Positions 38,283-50,900 of a DNA stretch of 64,000 nucleotides are shown here, piece after piece. The stretch covers positions 12,526,001 through 12,590,000 of the forward strand of contig CM075992.1 in assembly GCA_038087875.1 (NCBI GenBank), in the 5' to 3' direction. The stretch's first letter is position 1. Each line of letters opens with the position of its first letter. The position numbers were made by a program, and so were the translations under genes. Below the pieces are notes generated by a model, which saw only the letters and a program-made list of their open reading frames with translations, was not told the DNA's origin and did not search any database. Source of the stretch: Malacoraja senta (taxonomy: Eukaryota).

Positions 38283-41200
38283 AAAAAAGCCACATTCAAA
38301 AAAGCCACATTCAAAAAAGCCCTTTGTGATTTTTAATGTGTTTTTAAAATGTGGCTTTAAAACGTGGCTCTAAGATGTGTTTTTAAGATGTGGCTTTATG
38401 CTGTGGCTTTAAGATGTGGCTTTAAGATGTGGCTTCAGGATGTGCCGTTTAGGATGTGGCTTTTTTGAATGTGGCTTTTTTGAATGTGGCTTTTTTGAAT
38501 GTGGCTTTTTTGAATGTGGCTTTTTTGAATGTGGCTTTTTTGAATGTTGCTTTTTTGAATGTGGCTTTTTTGAATGTGGCTTTTTTGAATGTGGCTTTTT
38601 TGAATGTGGCTTTTTTGAATGTGGCTTTTTTGAATGGCTTTTTTGAATGTGGCTTTTTTGAATGTGGCTTTTTTGAATGTGGCTTTTTTGAATGAGGCTT
38701 TTTTGAATGGCTTTTTTGAATGTGGCTTTTTTGAACGTGAGTTTTTTGAACGCGGCTTTTTTGAACGCGGCTCTTTTGAACGCGGCTCTTTTGAACGCGG
38801 CTCTTTTGAACGCGGCTCTTTTGAACGCGGCTCTTTTGAACGCGGCTCTTTTGAACGCGCCTTTTTTGAAAGCGCCTTTTTTGAACGCGCCTTTTCTGAA
38901 CGCGTCTTTTAAGAGGTGCCTTTTAGGATGTGCCTTTTTTGACCGATTTTAGGATGTGGCTTTGAGAATGTGGCTTTTTTAATTTATTTTTTAATTAAAA
39001 GGAAAGGGTAAGATTGAAAGAAAGAAGAAAGTGAAGGAAAAAGTGAAAGTGTAGAAAGTGTGACAACAAGACAAAATGAAGACCCTATATGAACAAAATT
39101 AAAAACAAAAGAAAAAGAGTTAAGAAATAGACCCTAGAAAAGAAGGAGAAAGAGAAAGAGGAGAAAGAGAAAAACAAATAGTTTTTATGAGCATTACGCA
39201 AATGGGACATACCAACTTTCCAGCTATCATCACCCTTTACCTGACCTCAGTTTTTTTTTTATGGTACCTTTGCACCCTATATTTGTAATAATTCTATAAA
39301 TGCAGACCACGTCAGATGGAAGTGATCTGGTTTACCTGCCAGGAGGAGTCTTATCTCTTCTAGGTGTAATGTTTATAGTTGGTATTGGAGCTTTCTTCCA
39401 AAATTTTAGCATTTAGCTTTTTTCCAGTCATTAACCCATAGTCTATTAGTTTCTTTTGAAACACATTTAGTTCTGGACCATCTTCCGTTATTCCGAAGAT
39501 AATCCATTCTGCTTTGGGTATCAGTTTTATTTTAAATAATTTTGTAAAGATTTCGAAAATTTCATTCCAAAATTTTTGAATTTTTGTACAGAAAACAAAT
39601 GAGTGCGCTATAGTGGCTTCTTGGGATTGACATTTATCACAAATGGATGATACATTTGGGAAAATTTTATGGATTTTATTTTTGGAATAATATAATCTAT
39701 GTAAAATTTTAAATTATATTAAAGTGTGTCTTACATTAATCGAAAATGTATTCCACCTTTCCTTTGAAATTTTAATAGCTAACTCTTGTTCCCAGTCTCT
39801 TCTGATACCCTCCATAGATGGTATTTCTACATTTAAGATAATATTATACAAATATGATATTAAGTTTGCTGATTCAGCTTTTATCTGCATTGCCTCATCC
39901 AATACATCTGCTGGGCTATTATAATGATCTTTTGTATATTTTTTCAGATAGTCGCATATTTGAAAATATTTAAAATATTGATTATTTCCGAGTTTATATT
40001 TTCTTTGTAATTGTTGAAATGAAAGTAATTTTCCAGTTTCATACAGGTCACCGAACGTTTTAATTCCTAGTCTATCCCAATGTATAAAAGATGTATCTAT
40101 AATAGAGGGATTAAAGGAAGGGTTATTAACTATGGGAGATAATAGTGATAAATGTCTTAATTTTAAATTTTGTTTTATTTGTTTCCAAATTCGGATTGTG
40201 CTATGGATAATTGGGTTCTTATTATAATTTATATTATTCAGTTTCATTGGTGAGAGGAGGATCGCTCCAATGTTCCCAGAGGAGCAATCCTCTTTCTCCA
40301 TTACAATCCAGTCCACTTGCTGGGCGGAGTTATCCATCAGTTGAATCATATTTTTAATATGAATGTGGCTTTTTTGACGTGGCTTTTTTGACGTGGCTTT
40401 TAGGATGTGGCTTTTTAGGATGTGGCTTTTTAAGATGTGGCTGTTTTAAATGTGGCTTTTTTGAAGGTGCTTTTTTGAATGTGGCATTTTGAATGTGGCT
40501 TTTTTGAATGTGGCTTTTTTTAATGTGGCTTTTATGAATGTGGCTTTTTTGAATGTGCCTTTTAGGATGAGTATTTTAGGGTGTGCCTTTTAAGGATGTG
40601 CCTTATAGGATGTGGCTTTTTTGACGTGGCTTTTAGGATGTGGCTTTTAGAATGTGGCTTTTTTGAATGTGGCTTTTTTGAATGTGGCTTTTTTGAATGT
40701 GACTTTTTGAATGTGGCTTTTTGAATGTGGCTTTTTGAATGTGGCTTTTTTGAATGTGGCTTTTTTGACTGTGGCTTTTAGAATGTGGCTTTAAAATGTG
40801 GCTTTAAAATGTGACTTTAAAGTGGGCTTTAAAGTGTGGCTTTAAAGTGTGGCTCAAAAATGTGTTTTAAAAATGTGTTTTTTGGCCATCTTACTCAGAG
40901 TCCCCCTTCGCTCATCAGGTGCCGAGGATTTTTCCCATCGATTAAAAATAAAAGAGTTATTAGTGTTTAAAAATGTTGAGATTCTCCCTCCTGTCAATCA
41001 CCGCCATGAAGGCCACGCCCCTTCCGGTGGGTGGGGTGGAGTTATAAAACCTGGACGTCTGGACGCGGCTCTGTCGCTGGAAGATGGCGTGGGAGAGGTC
41101 ACGGATCTCTGCCTGAGCTGTGTTTTAAAAATGTGTTTTTAAAATGTGGCTTTAAAATGTGACTTTAAGATGTGACTTTAAGATGTGGCTTTAAGATGTG

Positions 41201-41635
41201 GCTTTAAGATGTGGCTTTAGGATGTGGCTTTAGGATGTGGCGTTCAGGATGTGCTTTTTAGAATGTCTTTTAGGATGTGGCTTTTTAGGATGTGGATTTT
41301 AGGATGTGGCTTTTTTGAATGTGTCTCTTTTGAATGTGGATTTTTTGGATGTGGCTTTCAGGATGTGTCTTTTTTTATGTGGCTTTTAGGAATGTGGCTT
41401 TTAGGAATGTGGCTTTTAGGAATGTGGCTTTTTTGGATGTGGCTTTTTTGGATGTGGCTTTTTTGGATGTGGCTTTTTTGGATGTGGCTTTTTTGGATGT
41501 GGCTTTGAGGATGTTGCTTTGAGAATGTGGCTTTGAGAAGGTGGCATTGAAAATGTGGCTTTAAGTTGGGCTTTTAGTTGCGGCTTTGATTTTGGGCTTT
41601 GAGGTGCGGCTTTTTGTTGCAGCTTTGAGTTGCGG
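38283..41635. repeat. 15-bp (TTTTTTGAATGTGGC)n minisatellite with 13/14-bp degenerate variants, split by an L1
   Basis: Near-perfect array 38455-38740, CpG variant 38740-38900, degenerate arrays 40361-40880 and 41120-41635; inverted copies 38283-38321. Confidence 0.95.
38981..40360 (-). mobile_element. 5'-truncated L1 (related to 33635-36045) with apparent 15-bp TSD
   Basis: NSAQQVDWIVMEKEDC...NVRHTLI parallels the first L1; flanked by GAATGTGGCTTTTTT at 38966-38980 and 40361-40375. Confidence 0.9.
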
Positions 41636-41860
41636 CTGAATAAATGCTTTATTAGATCAGCCTGTGTTTACTGCAAAAGTCCCGCTCACTCCGTGACGTA
41701 GTGGACAGGTCGCGCTGAACAACGCATAATTTCCGGTGAGTACAGAGGTTGTGATGAATGCAGAAGTGTTGCTGACTGCAGAAAGCCCAGAGTGTAGACG
41801 CCACGCCGTTTGTGTATTCAAAAAAGTTTACTACCATATATATGGTGTGTGTGAGTGTGA

Positions 41861-44800
41861 TTCATAGAATCATAGAAGAATCATACAAAATAGGTGCAGG
41901 AGGAGGCCATTCGGCCTTTCGAGCCAGCACGTCCATTCATTGTGATCTTGGCTGATCGTCCCCTATCAATAACCCGTGCCTGCCTTCTCCCCATATCCCT
42001 TGACTCCACTAGCCCCTAGAGCTCTATCTAACTCTCTCTTAAATCCATCCAGTGACGGCCTCCACAGCCCTCTGTGGCAGGAAATTCCATGAATTCACAA
42101 CTCTCTGCGTGAAAAAGTTTTTTCTCACCTCAGTCTTAAATGACCTCCCCTTTATTCTAAGACTGTGGCCCCTGGTTCTGGACTCGCCCAACATTGGGCA
42201 CATTTTTCCTGCATTTAGCTTGTCCAGTCCTTTTATAATTTTACATGTTTCTATAAGATTCCCCCTCATCCTTCTAAAATCCAGTGAATACAAGCCTAGT
42301 CTTTTCAAACTTTCCTCATATCACAGTCCCGCCATCCCAGGGATCAATCTCGTGAACCTACGCTGCACTGCCTCAATCACAAGGATGTCCTTCCTCAAAT
42401 TAGGAGACCAAAACTGGACACAATACTCCAGATGTGGACTCACCTGAGCCCTATACAACTGCAGAAGAACCTCTTTACTCCTATACTGAAATCCTCTTGT
42501 TATGAAGGCCAAAATTCCATTTGCTTTCTTCACTGCCTGCTGTACTTGTAAACCAACTTTCAGTGACAAGGATGCCCAGGTCTTGCTGCACCTCCCCCTT
42601 ACCTAACCTAACCCCATTGAGATAATAATATGCCCCCTTGTTTTTACCACCAAAGTGGATAACCTCACATTTATCTATATTATACTGCATCTGCCACGCA
42701 TCTGCGCACTCAACCTTGCAACCCTGCAACCTCCTAACATCCTCTTCACAGTTCACACTGCCACCCAGCTTTGTGTCATCCGCAAACTTGCTAATGTTGC
42801 TCCTAATTCCCTCTTCCAAATCATTAATATATATGGTAAACAGTTGCGGACCCAACACCGACCCTTGCGGCACTCCACTCGCCACTGCCTGCCATTCTGA
42901 AAAGGACCCGTTCACTCCTACTCTTTGCTTCCGGTCTGCCAACCAATTTTCTATCCATGTCAACACCCTCCCCCCATACCATTTGCTCTAATTTTAGTTA
43001 CCAGTCTCCCGTGTGGGACCTTATCAAAGGCTTTCTGAAAGTCTAGATACACTACATCCACTGGCACCCCTTCATCCATTTTACTTGTCACATCCTCAAA
43101 AAATTCCATAAGATTAGTCAAGCATGATTTCCCTTTCATAAATCCATGCTGACTTGGACTAATCCTTTTACTGCTATCCAAATGCCCCATTATTATGTCT
43201 TTAATAATTGACTCCAGCATCTTTCCCACCACCGAAGTCAGGCTAACTGGGCTGTAATTCCCCGTTTTCTCCCTCCTTTCTTGAATAGTGGGATAACATT
43301 AGCTATCCTCCAATCCACAGGAACTGATCCTGAATCTATAGAACATTGGAAAATGTTCACCAATGCGTCCACTATTTCTAGAGGCACTTCCCTGAGGACC
43401 CTGGGATGCAGACCATCAGGCCCAGGGGATTTATCATCCTTGAGTCCCATTAGCCTACCCAATACTATTTCTCGTCTAATGAAAAAGTTCCTCTACCCCC
43501 TTAGATCCTCTGTCCTCCAGTACATCTGGGATATTGTTTGAGTCTTCCTAAGTGAAGACAGATCCGAAGTACCTATTCAACTCTTCTGCCATTTCCTTGT
43601 TGCCCATAATAATTTCACCCGTGTCTGGCTTCAAGGGACCCACATTTGACTTTGCTACTCATTTTCACTTAACATATCTAAAGAAGCTTTTACTGTCCTT
43701 CTTTATATCCCTGGTCAGCTTCCCTTCGTACTTCATCTTTTCAGCCCGTATTGCCCATTTTGTTTCCTTCTGTTGTCCTATGAACATTTCCCAATCCTCT
43801 GGCTTCCGGCTACTTTTTGCTGTGTTATACATCTTTTATTTTAGTTTTATTCTATCCCTAACTTCTCTTGTCAGCCACGGTAGCCTCTGACTCCCCTTAG
43901 AATCTTTCTTCCTTTTTGGAATGAAATAATCCTGCGTCTTCCGGATTATGCCCAGAAATTCCACCATCATTCCTGCTCAGATCCCTTTCCAGTCTACCTT
44001 GGCCAGCTCCCCTCTCATGCCTTCATAGTCCCCTTTGTTCAACTGCATCACTGACACTTCCGATTTAACGTTCTCCTTCTCAAATTGCACATTAAAACTG
44101 ATCATATTATGATCATTACCTCCAAGCGGTTCCTTTACCTCGAGTTCTTTTATCATATATGGTTTATTGGACAACACTAAATCCAGAATTGCCTTTTCTC
44201 TGGTTGGCTCCATTACAAGCTGCTCTAAGAATCCATCTCGGAGGCATTCTACAAATTCTCTTTCTTGTGGTCCTGAACCAAACTTATTTTCCCAGTCTAT
44301 CTGCATATTGAAATCCCCCATCACCACAGTGGCATTACCTTTGTTACATGCCAGTTTTAACTCCTGCTGCAACTTACACCCTACATCCGGGCTACTATTT
44401 GGGGGTCTGTAGATAACACCAATTAGTGTCTTCTTGCCATTACAATTCCTCAACTTAATCCACAGTGACTCTCCCTCATCAGTCCCTATGTCTTCCCTCG
44501 CAAGGGACTGAATTCCATCCTTCACCAGCAGAGCTACCCCCCCCTCCTCTGCCCACCTGCCTGTCCTTTCTATAGGATGTATAACCCTGAATATTAAGTT
44601 CCCAGGTCAGATCCTCCTGCAGCCTCGTCTCAGTAATCCCCACAATGTCATATCTACCAACCTCTAACTGAGAACTCATCTACTTTACTTCTTAAACTTC
44701 GCGCATTCATATACAATACTTGTAATTCCTTACGCATCTCTCCTATCACATCGATCCCTATTACACTTGGCCATACTCTCCTATCCCTTTGTGAGCTTCC

Positions 44801-44947
44801 TTTCCCATTAATTCTGGGGTCATTAACCATCCCTTTACTCTTTTTCCCTTTAACTCCATCCTCGACTATCCCATTTGACACCCCACCCCCCTTATTAGGT
44901 TTAAATCCACCCGTGTAGCAGTGGCAAACTTGCCTGCCAGAATGCTC
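41861..44947 (-). mobile_element. CR1-type LINE with near-complete but broken ORF2 (EN+RT), 18-bp TSD
   Basis: [73 protein letters not shown](A/T)GTGTGA at 41843-41860 and 44948-44965. Confidence 0.96.
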
Positions 44948-46112
44948 TGGTGTGTGTGTGTGTGAGAGTGTATGTGTGTGCACTCTGCTTTAAATGCTGT
45001 GAAATTAGTTTGCCCTCTGGCCTGCACTCTGCTTGGAGTGCTGTGAGATTGGATTAGCAGGCCTGCACTGAATGATGCATTTTGAGATAAATTCTCAGAT
45101 TTTCTTTGCTAAAATTTGACAGCTCAATCTCTCTATATTAAAATTGTCTTTTTTATTATCAACAGCAAAGAGTCATCAAGGCAGTGAGCAGCAGAACACA
45201 ACAATACACACAACAAAAATAACTTAATAAATCTAAATTTTATCATTTAAATTGTTGTTATAATTTAAGTCATTCACATTTTAAACTTTAATAAATCCCT
45301 TTTCCGCATGCCATGCCTGCATGTTCTTCATCACAATGGGAAGCTAATAAGCAGGAATGGCTACGCTGTCGGAGAGCCATTAAGAGTGCATGGGGGGGGG
45401 TGAGGGTGTTTGAGGGGAGATGGACTGAATGCGTGGGGGGGGGGGAATGGCAAGGAGCAGAGTGCAGGGTGAAGGGAGGAGGGGTGACTGAGTGAACTGT
45501 CACCACACCAGCCATGAGCCCACCAGCCATGAGTAAGTGAACTGCCAGCCCATCAGTTGTAAGTGACTGAAGTGTCAGCCCACCAGCCATGACTTGGTGA
45601 ACTGTCAGCCCACCAGCCATGAGTCACTGAACTGCAAGTCCCAGAATCCATTCAGTCCATAATGTCAATACTAGCCCTCTGGAAACGTCCCTTCAGTGCA
45701 CAACACCCATACTAGCGCTCCACTGATCCACGCAAGGATAGACTTTCCCCCTGCATTGCTGTGATTTGAAAAAAAGATGAAAATATCTAAAAATGATTGT
45801 CCACCCTCTCCCCCTTCTCTCTCACAGAGTCTACCTGTTTTCGACACACTGCTGAAAAACAGGCCTATTTAGAATGATTAGGATGTATCCAGCACCTCGC
45901 ACCCTGAAGCAACATTGATCACAGTTCTGTCCAAGCTCCTATCAGTTTTAACCTTGAGTTCACAAGCTGTTCTTTGCCACTGTGTTTAGCAATCCTGTTC
46001 CCAACCAGTGAACTGTCCTTTTTAATAAACTAACTCCATCAGTTCGCCGCAAGGCCCTGCAATCTCCCCTTTTGATTCTTGAATCATTACCACAGATAAC
46101 GATTCACCTAAA

Positions 46113-47413
46113 TCTATATAACTAAAAGTCTCATCTTGACCACTTCCTTTCGACGCTTTATATTGATTTTAGAAAAAACGCTACCATATATCGCTACGAT
46201 TATTGGCCATCTTACTCACAGTCCTCCTCCGCTGAGGCAGCCCCGATGATATTTCCGATCAATGAAAATTAAAAAAGTGTAAAAAAAATCTTCAGATCAG
46301 CTGATTGGTCCTCTCACCTGTCAATCACCATGCTGAAGGTAACTCCCAGGGGGGATAGGACTATAAACCCCGGATGCCTGGACATGTGTCAGTCACTCTG
46401 GAAGATCGCGAGGGAGAGGCCACAACTGTGATTCTAAGCTGTGAATCAACTGAATTGTGAGTCTGCAATGTACTTGCAATAAATGATTTGTTAGCCCTTA
46501 ATGACAATCCCATGAGTTGTTTGGCCTGCCCTGCCTGTGCTTGAAACTGCAATGCAAAATTGGAAATGAAATGACAACGCCATGAGTTGTTTGGCCTGCC
46601 CTGCCTGTGCTTGAAACGGCAATGAAAATTGGAAATGAAATGACAAATCCATGAGTTGTTTGGTCTGCCCCCCATGCTTGAAACTGCAATGCAAAATTGG
46701 AAATTAAATGACAATGCAATGAGTTGTTTGGCCTGCCCTGCCTGTGCTTGAAACTGCAATGCAACATTGGAAATGAAATGACACTGCCATTAATTGTTTG
46801 GCCTGCCCTGTGCTTAAAATGGATTGACTTGACTTGAAATTGGTTGACGTGACTTAACTTGAAATGGATTGACTTGACTTGAATTGACTTGAAATGGATT
46901 GACTTGACTTTAAATTGATTGATTTGAATTGACTTGAAATGGATTGACTTGACTTGAAATGAATTCACTTGACTTGACTTGACTTGAAATGGATTGACTT
47001 GACTTGATTTGAAATGGATTGACTTGACTTGACTTGACTTGACGACTTGATTTGGATTGACTTCAATTGACTTGAAATGGATTGACTTCACTTGAACTGG
47101 ATTGACTTCACTTGAAATGGATTGACTTGACTTCACTTGAAATGGATTGACTTGACTTGACATGAAATGGATTGACTTGACTTGACTTGACATGAAATGG
47201 ATTGACTTGACTTGAAATGGATTGAAATGGATGGTTGGCCCTGCACTCACTGTGCATGCCTTGACTTGACCCACAACACCCATGCTAGCACTCCAGAAAG
47301 ACCCCCCCCCCCACTGGCCACCAATATTGGAATTGGTGGAGAGGTGGAATATGGCGTTGGGGGACCAGCCCTGCCATGTGAAGCTGGGACTCAACAGGTC
47401 CCCCTTAGTTTAG
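46113..47413 (+). mobile_element. Apparently complete non-autonomous Helitron with internal ~60-bp and GACTT-based tandem arrays
   Basis: A|TCTATATAACTAAAAG start; 3' hairpin GGGAC-TCAACAG-GTCCC (47386-47402), then CCTTAGTTTAG|T; A/T target, no TSD; arrays at ~46500-46815 and ~46815-47230. Confidence 0.8.
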
Positions 47414-47977
47414 TAAGAATTATAAGGAAAGTTTATGCAAGCACATCATTAGATATTTTTAATGATCTCCATATTTTAGAGATAGCCTCCAATACCTATG
47501 ATGGGTAAGCCTTAATGACGCTCTGTTTCTCTAAATACAAGAAGCGTTTAAGTGCTGAGAGGAATGGTAGCTGGAAGCCTGAAGAGTTATAATGTTAGCT
47601 GGAGCTTCTACCACTTGTTTTGTAATAATACTAAATAATCATTAAAACACAACACCAAGAAGGATAAAAAATAAACATGATCAAGACATGAATCGAGGAG
47701 TCCAGCCACCACGTAACCCCACTCCACCAAGTGGAGGGCTGGATTAATTTTGGGGCAGATTCCATTCTGCTCTTTCGGAAGCAGGGGATGGACATGAATG
47801 GAATTCCCTCCTTCAGATGAATGGGGAGGTGTGTGAACATGCAGCAGCTGGAGCGATTATTTTCTTCAGCATAAGCATAGGGCATTTACAGGAAGGTGCT
47901 GACAAGTAAGTATCTGGATAGACACAGATGGCAGGGGGCCTGGTTTGTGGGGAAATAACAAAGATTAGAACACAACA

Positions 47978-50900
47978 CTACACGGTTACACGGGTGGTTT
48001 TAAACTGAATAAGGGGGGTGGGGTGTCAAATAGAATAGTCAAGGACGGAGTTAAATGGAAAAAGAGTAAAGGGATAGTTAATGACCCCAGAATTAACGGG
48101 AAAGAAAGCTCACAAAGGGATAGGAGAGTATGGCCAAGTGTATTAGGGATCGATGTGAAATGTGAGATGCGTAATGAATTAAAAGTATTGTATATCAATG
48201 CGCGAAGTATAAGAAGTAAGGTGGATGAGCTTGAGGCTCAGTTAGAGGTTGGTAGATATGACATTGTGGGGATTACTGAGACGTCACTGCAGGAGGATCG
48301 GGCCTGTGAACTTAATATTCAGGGTTATACATCCTATAGAAAGGACAGGCAGGTGGGCAGAGGAGGGGGGTAGCTCTGCTGGTGAGTGATGGAATTCAGT
48401 CCCTTGCGAGGGAAGACATAGGGATTGATGAGGTAGAGTCACTGTGGATTGAGTTGAGGAATTGTAAAGGCAAGAAGACACTCATTGGTGTTATCTACAG
48501 ATCCCCAAATAGTAGCCCAGATGTAGGGTGTAAGTTGCAGCAGGTGTTAAAACTGGCATGTAACAAAGATAATGCCACTGTGGTGATGGGGGATTTCAAT
48601 ATGCAGGTAGATTGGGAAAGTCAGGTTGGTTCAGGACACCAAGAAAGAGAGATTGTAGAGTGCCTCCGAGATGGATTCTTAGATGGAGCTTGTAATGGAG
48701 CCGACCAAAGAAAAGGCAATTCTGGATTTAGTGTTGTCCAATGAACCAGATATGATAAGATAACTCGAGGTAAAGGAACCTCTTGGAGGTAGTGATCATA
48801 ATATGATTCGTTTTAATCAGAAATTTGATAAGGAGAAGGTTAAATCGGAAATGTCAGTGATGCAGTTGAACAAAGGGGACTATGAATGCATGAGAGAGGA
48901 GCTGGCCAAGGTAGACTGGAAAGGGATCCTCGCAGGAATGACGGTGGAACACCAATGGCAGGAATTTCAGGGCATAATCCGGAAGACGCAGGATCATTTC
49001 ATTCCAAAAAGTAAGAAAGATTCTATGGGGAGAAGGAGGCAACCGTGGCTGACAAGAGAAGTTAGGGATAAAATAAAACTAAAAGAAAAGATGTATAACA
49101 CAGCAAAGAGTAGCCGGAAGCCAGAGGATTGGGAAACTTTCATCGGACAACAGAAGGAAACAAAATAGTGCTGAAAAGATGAAGGAATATAGAGAAGGAC
49201 AGTAAAAGTTTCTTTACATATGTTAAGGGAAAAAGAGTAGCAAAGTCAAAAGTGGGTGCCTTGAAGGCAGACACGGGTGAAATTATTATGGGTAACAAGG
49301 AAATGGCTGAAGACTTGAACAGGTACTTCGGATTTGTCTTCACTGAAGAAGACACAAACAATCTCCCAGATGTACTGGAGGACAGAGGGGGTCTAAGGGG
49401 GTCAAGGAACTGAAATAAATGTTCATTAGGCGAGAAGTAGTATTGGGTAGGCTAATGGGACTGATGATGATAAATTCCCTGGGCCAGATGGTCTGCATCC
49501 CAGGGTCCTCAGGGTGGTGGCTCTAGAAACAGTGGACGCATTGGTGATTATTTTCCAATGTTCGATCGATTCAGGATCAGTTCCTGTGGATTGGAAGATA
49601 GCTAACGTTATCCCACTTTTCAAGAAAGGGACGAAAGTGAAAACGGGGAATTACAGACCAGTTAGCCTGACTTCGGTGGTGGGAAAGATGCTGGAGTCAA
49701 TTATTAAAGACGTAATAATGGGGCATTTGGATAGCAGTAAAAGGATTAGTCCCAGCCAACATGGATTTATGAAAGGGAAATCATGCTTGACTAATCTTCG
49801 GGAATGTTTTGAGGATGTGACAAGTAAAATGGATGAAGGGGTGCCAGTGGCTGTAATGTATCTAGACTTTCAGAAAGCCTTTGATAAGGTCCCGCACGGG
49901 AGACTGGTGACTAAAATTAGAGCACATGGTATTGGGGGTAGGGTGTTGACATGGATAGAAAATTGGTTGGCAGACAGGAAGCAAAGAGTAGGAGTGAACG
50001 GATCCTTTTCAGAATGAAAGGCAGTGGCGAGTGGAGTGCCGCAAGGCTCGGTGTTGGGGCCGCAACTGTTTACCATATATATTAATGATTTGGAAGAGGG
50101 AATTCGGAGCGGCACTAGCAAGTTTGCGGATGACACAAAGCTGGGTGGCAGTGTGAACTGTGAAGAGGATGTTAAGAGGTTGCAGGGTGACCTGGACAGG
50201 TTGACAATAGACAATATACAATAGACAATAGGTGCAGGAGTAGGCCATTCGACCCTTCAAGCCAGCCAATGTGATCATGGCTGATCATCCCCAATCAGTA
50301 CCTCGTTCCTGCCTTCTCCCCATATCCTCTGACTTCGCTATTTTAAGAGCCCTATCTAGCTCTCTCTTGAAAGCATCCAAAGAACCTGCCTCCACCACCC
50401 TCTGAGGCAAAGAATTCCACAGACTCAACACTCTCTGTGAGAAAAAGTGTTTCCTCGTCTTCGTTCTAAATGGCTTACCCCTTATTCTTAAACTGTGGGC
50501 CCTGGTTCTGGACTCCCCCAACATGTGGAACATGTCTCCTGCCTCTAGCGTGTCCAAACCCTTAACAATCTTATATGTTTCAATGAGATCCCCTGAGTGA
50601 GTGGGCAGATGCATGGCAGATGCAGTATAATATAGATAAATGTGAGGTTATCCACTTTGGCGGCAAAAATAAGGGGGCAGGTTATTATCTCAATGGGGTT
50701 AGGTTAGGCATGGGGGAGATGCAGCTAGACCTGGGAATCCTTGTACACCAGTCACTGAAAGTTGGCATGCAGGTACAGCAGGCAGTGAAGAAAGCTAATG
50801 GAATGTTGGCATTCATAACAAGAGGATTTCAATATAGTAGAGAGATTCTTCTGCAGTTATATAGGGCTCTGGTAAGACCACATATGGAGTATTGTGTACA

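Larger units (their letters stand above)
37772..45722 (+). mobile_element. Probable large nested non-autonomous Helitron (same family as 46113-47413), expanded by a 15-bp array and invaded by L1 and CR1
   Basis: A|TCTATATAATTAAAAGCCTCATCTTGACCACTTCC matches 46113; 37860-38101 recurs at 40880-41122; CACAACACCCATACTAGCGCTCCA (~45699-45722) matches the subterminal part of the 46113 copy. 3' hairpin not seen; single-element interpretation is inferred. Confidence 0.55.

Noticed and set aside
38416..38952. ECGFF / NVAFL pentapeptide-repeat proteins
   Set aside because: Artefact of a 15-bp tandem repeat; no gene signals.
46361..47394. 298-aa and 132-aa repetitive ORFs
   Set aside because: Translations of Helitron-internal tandem arrays.
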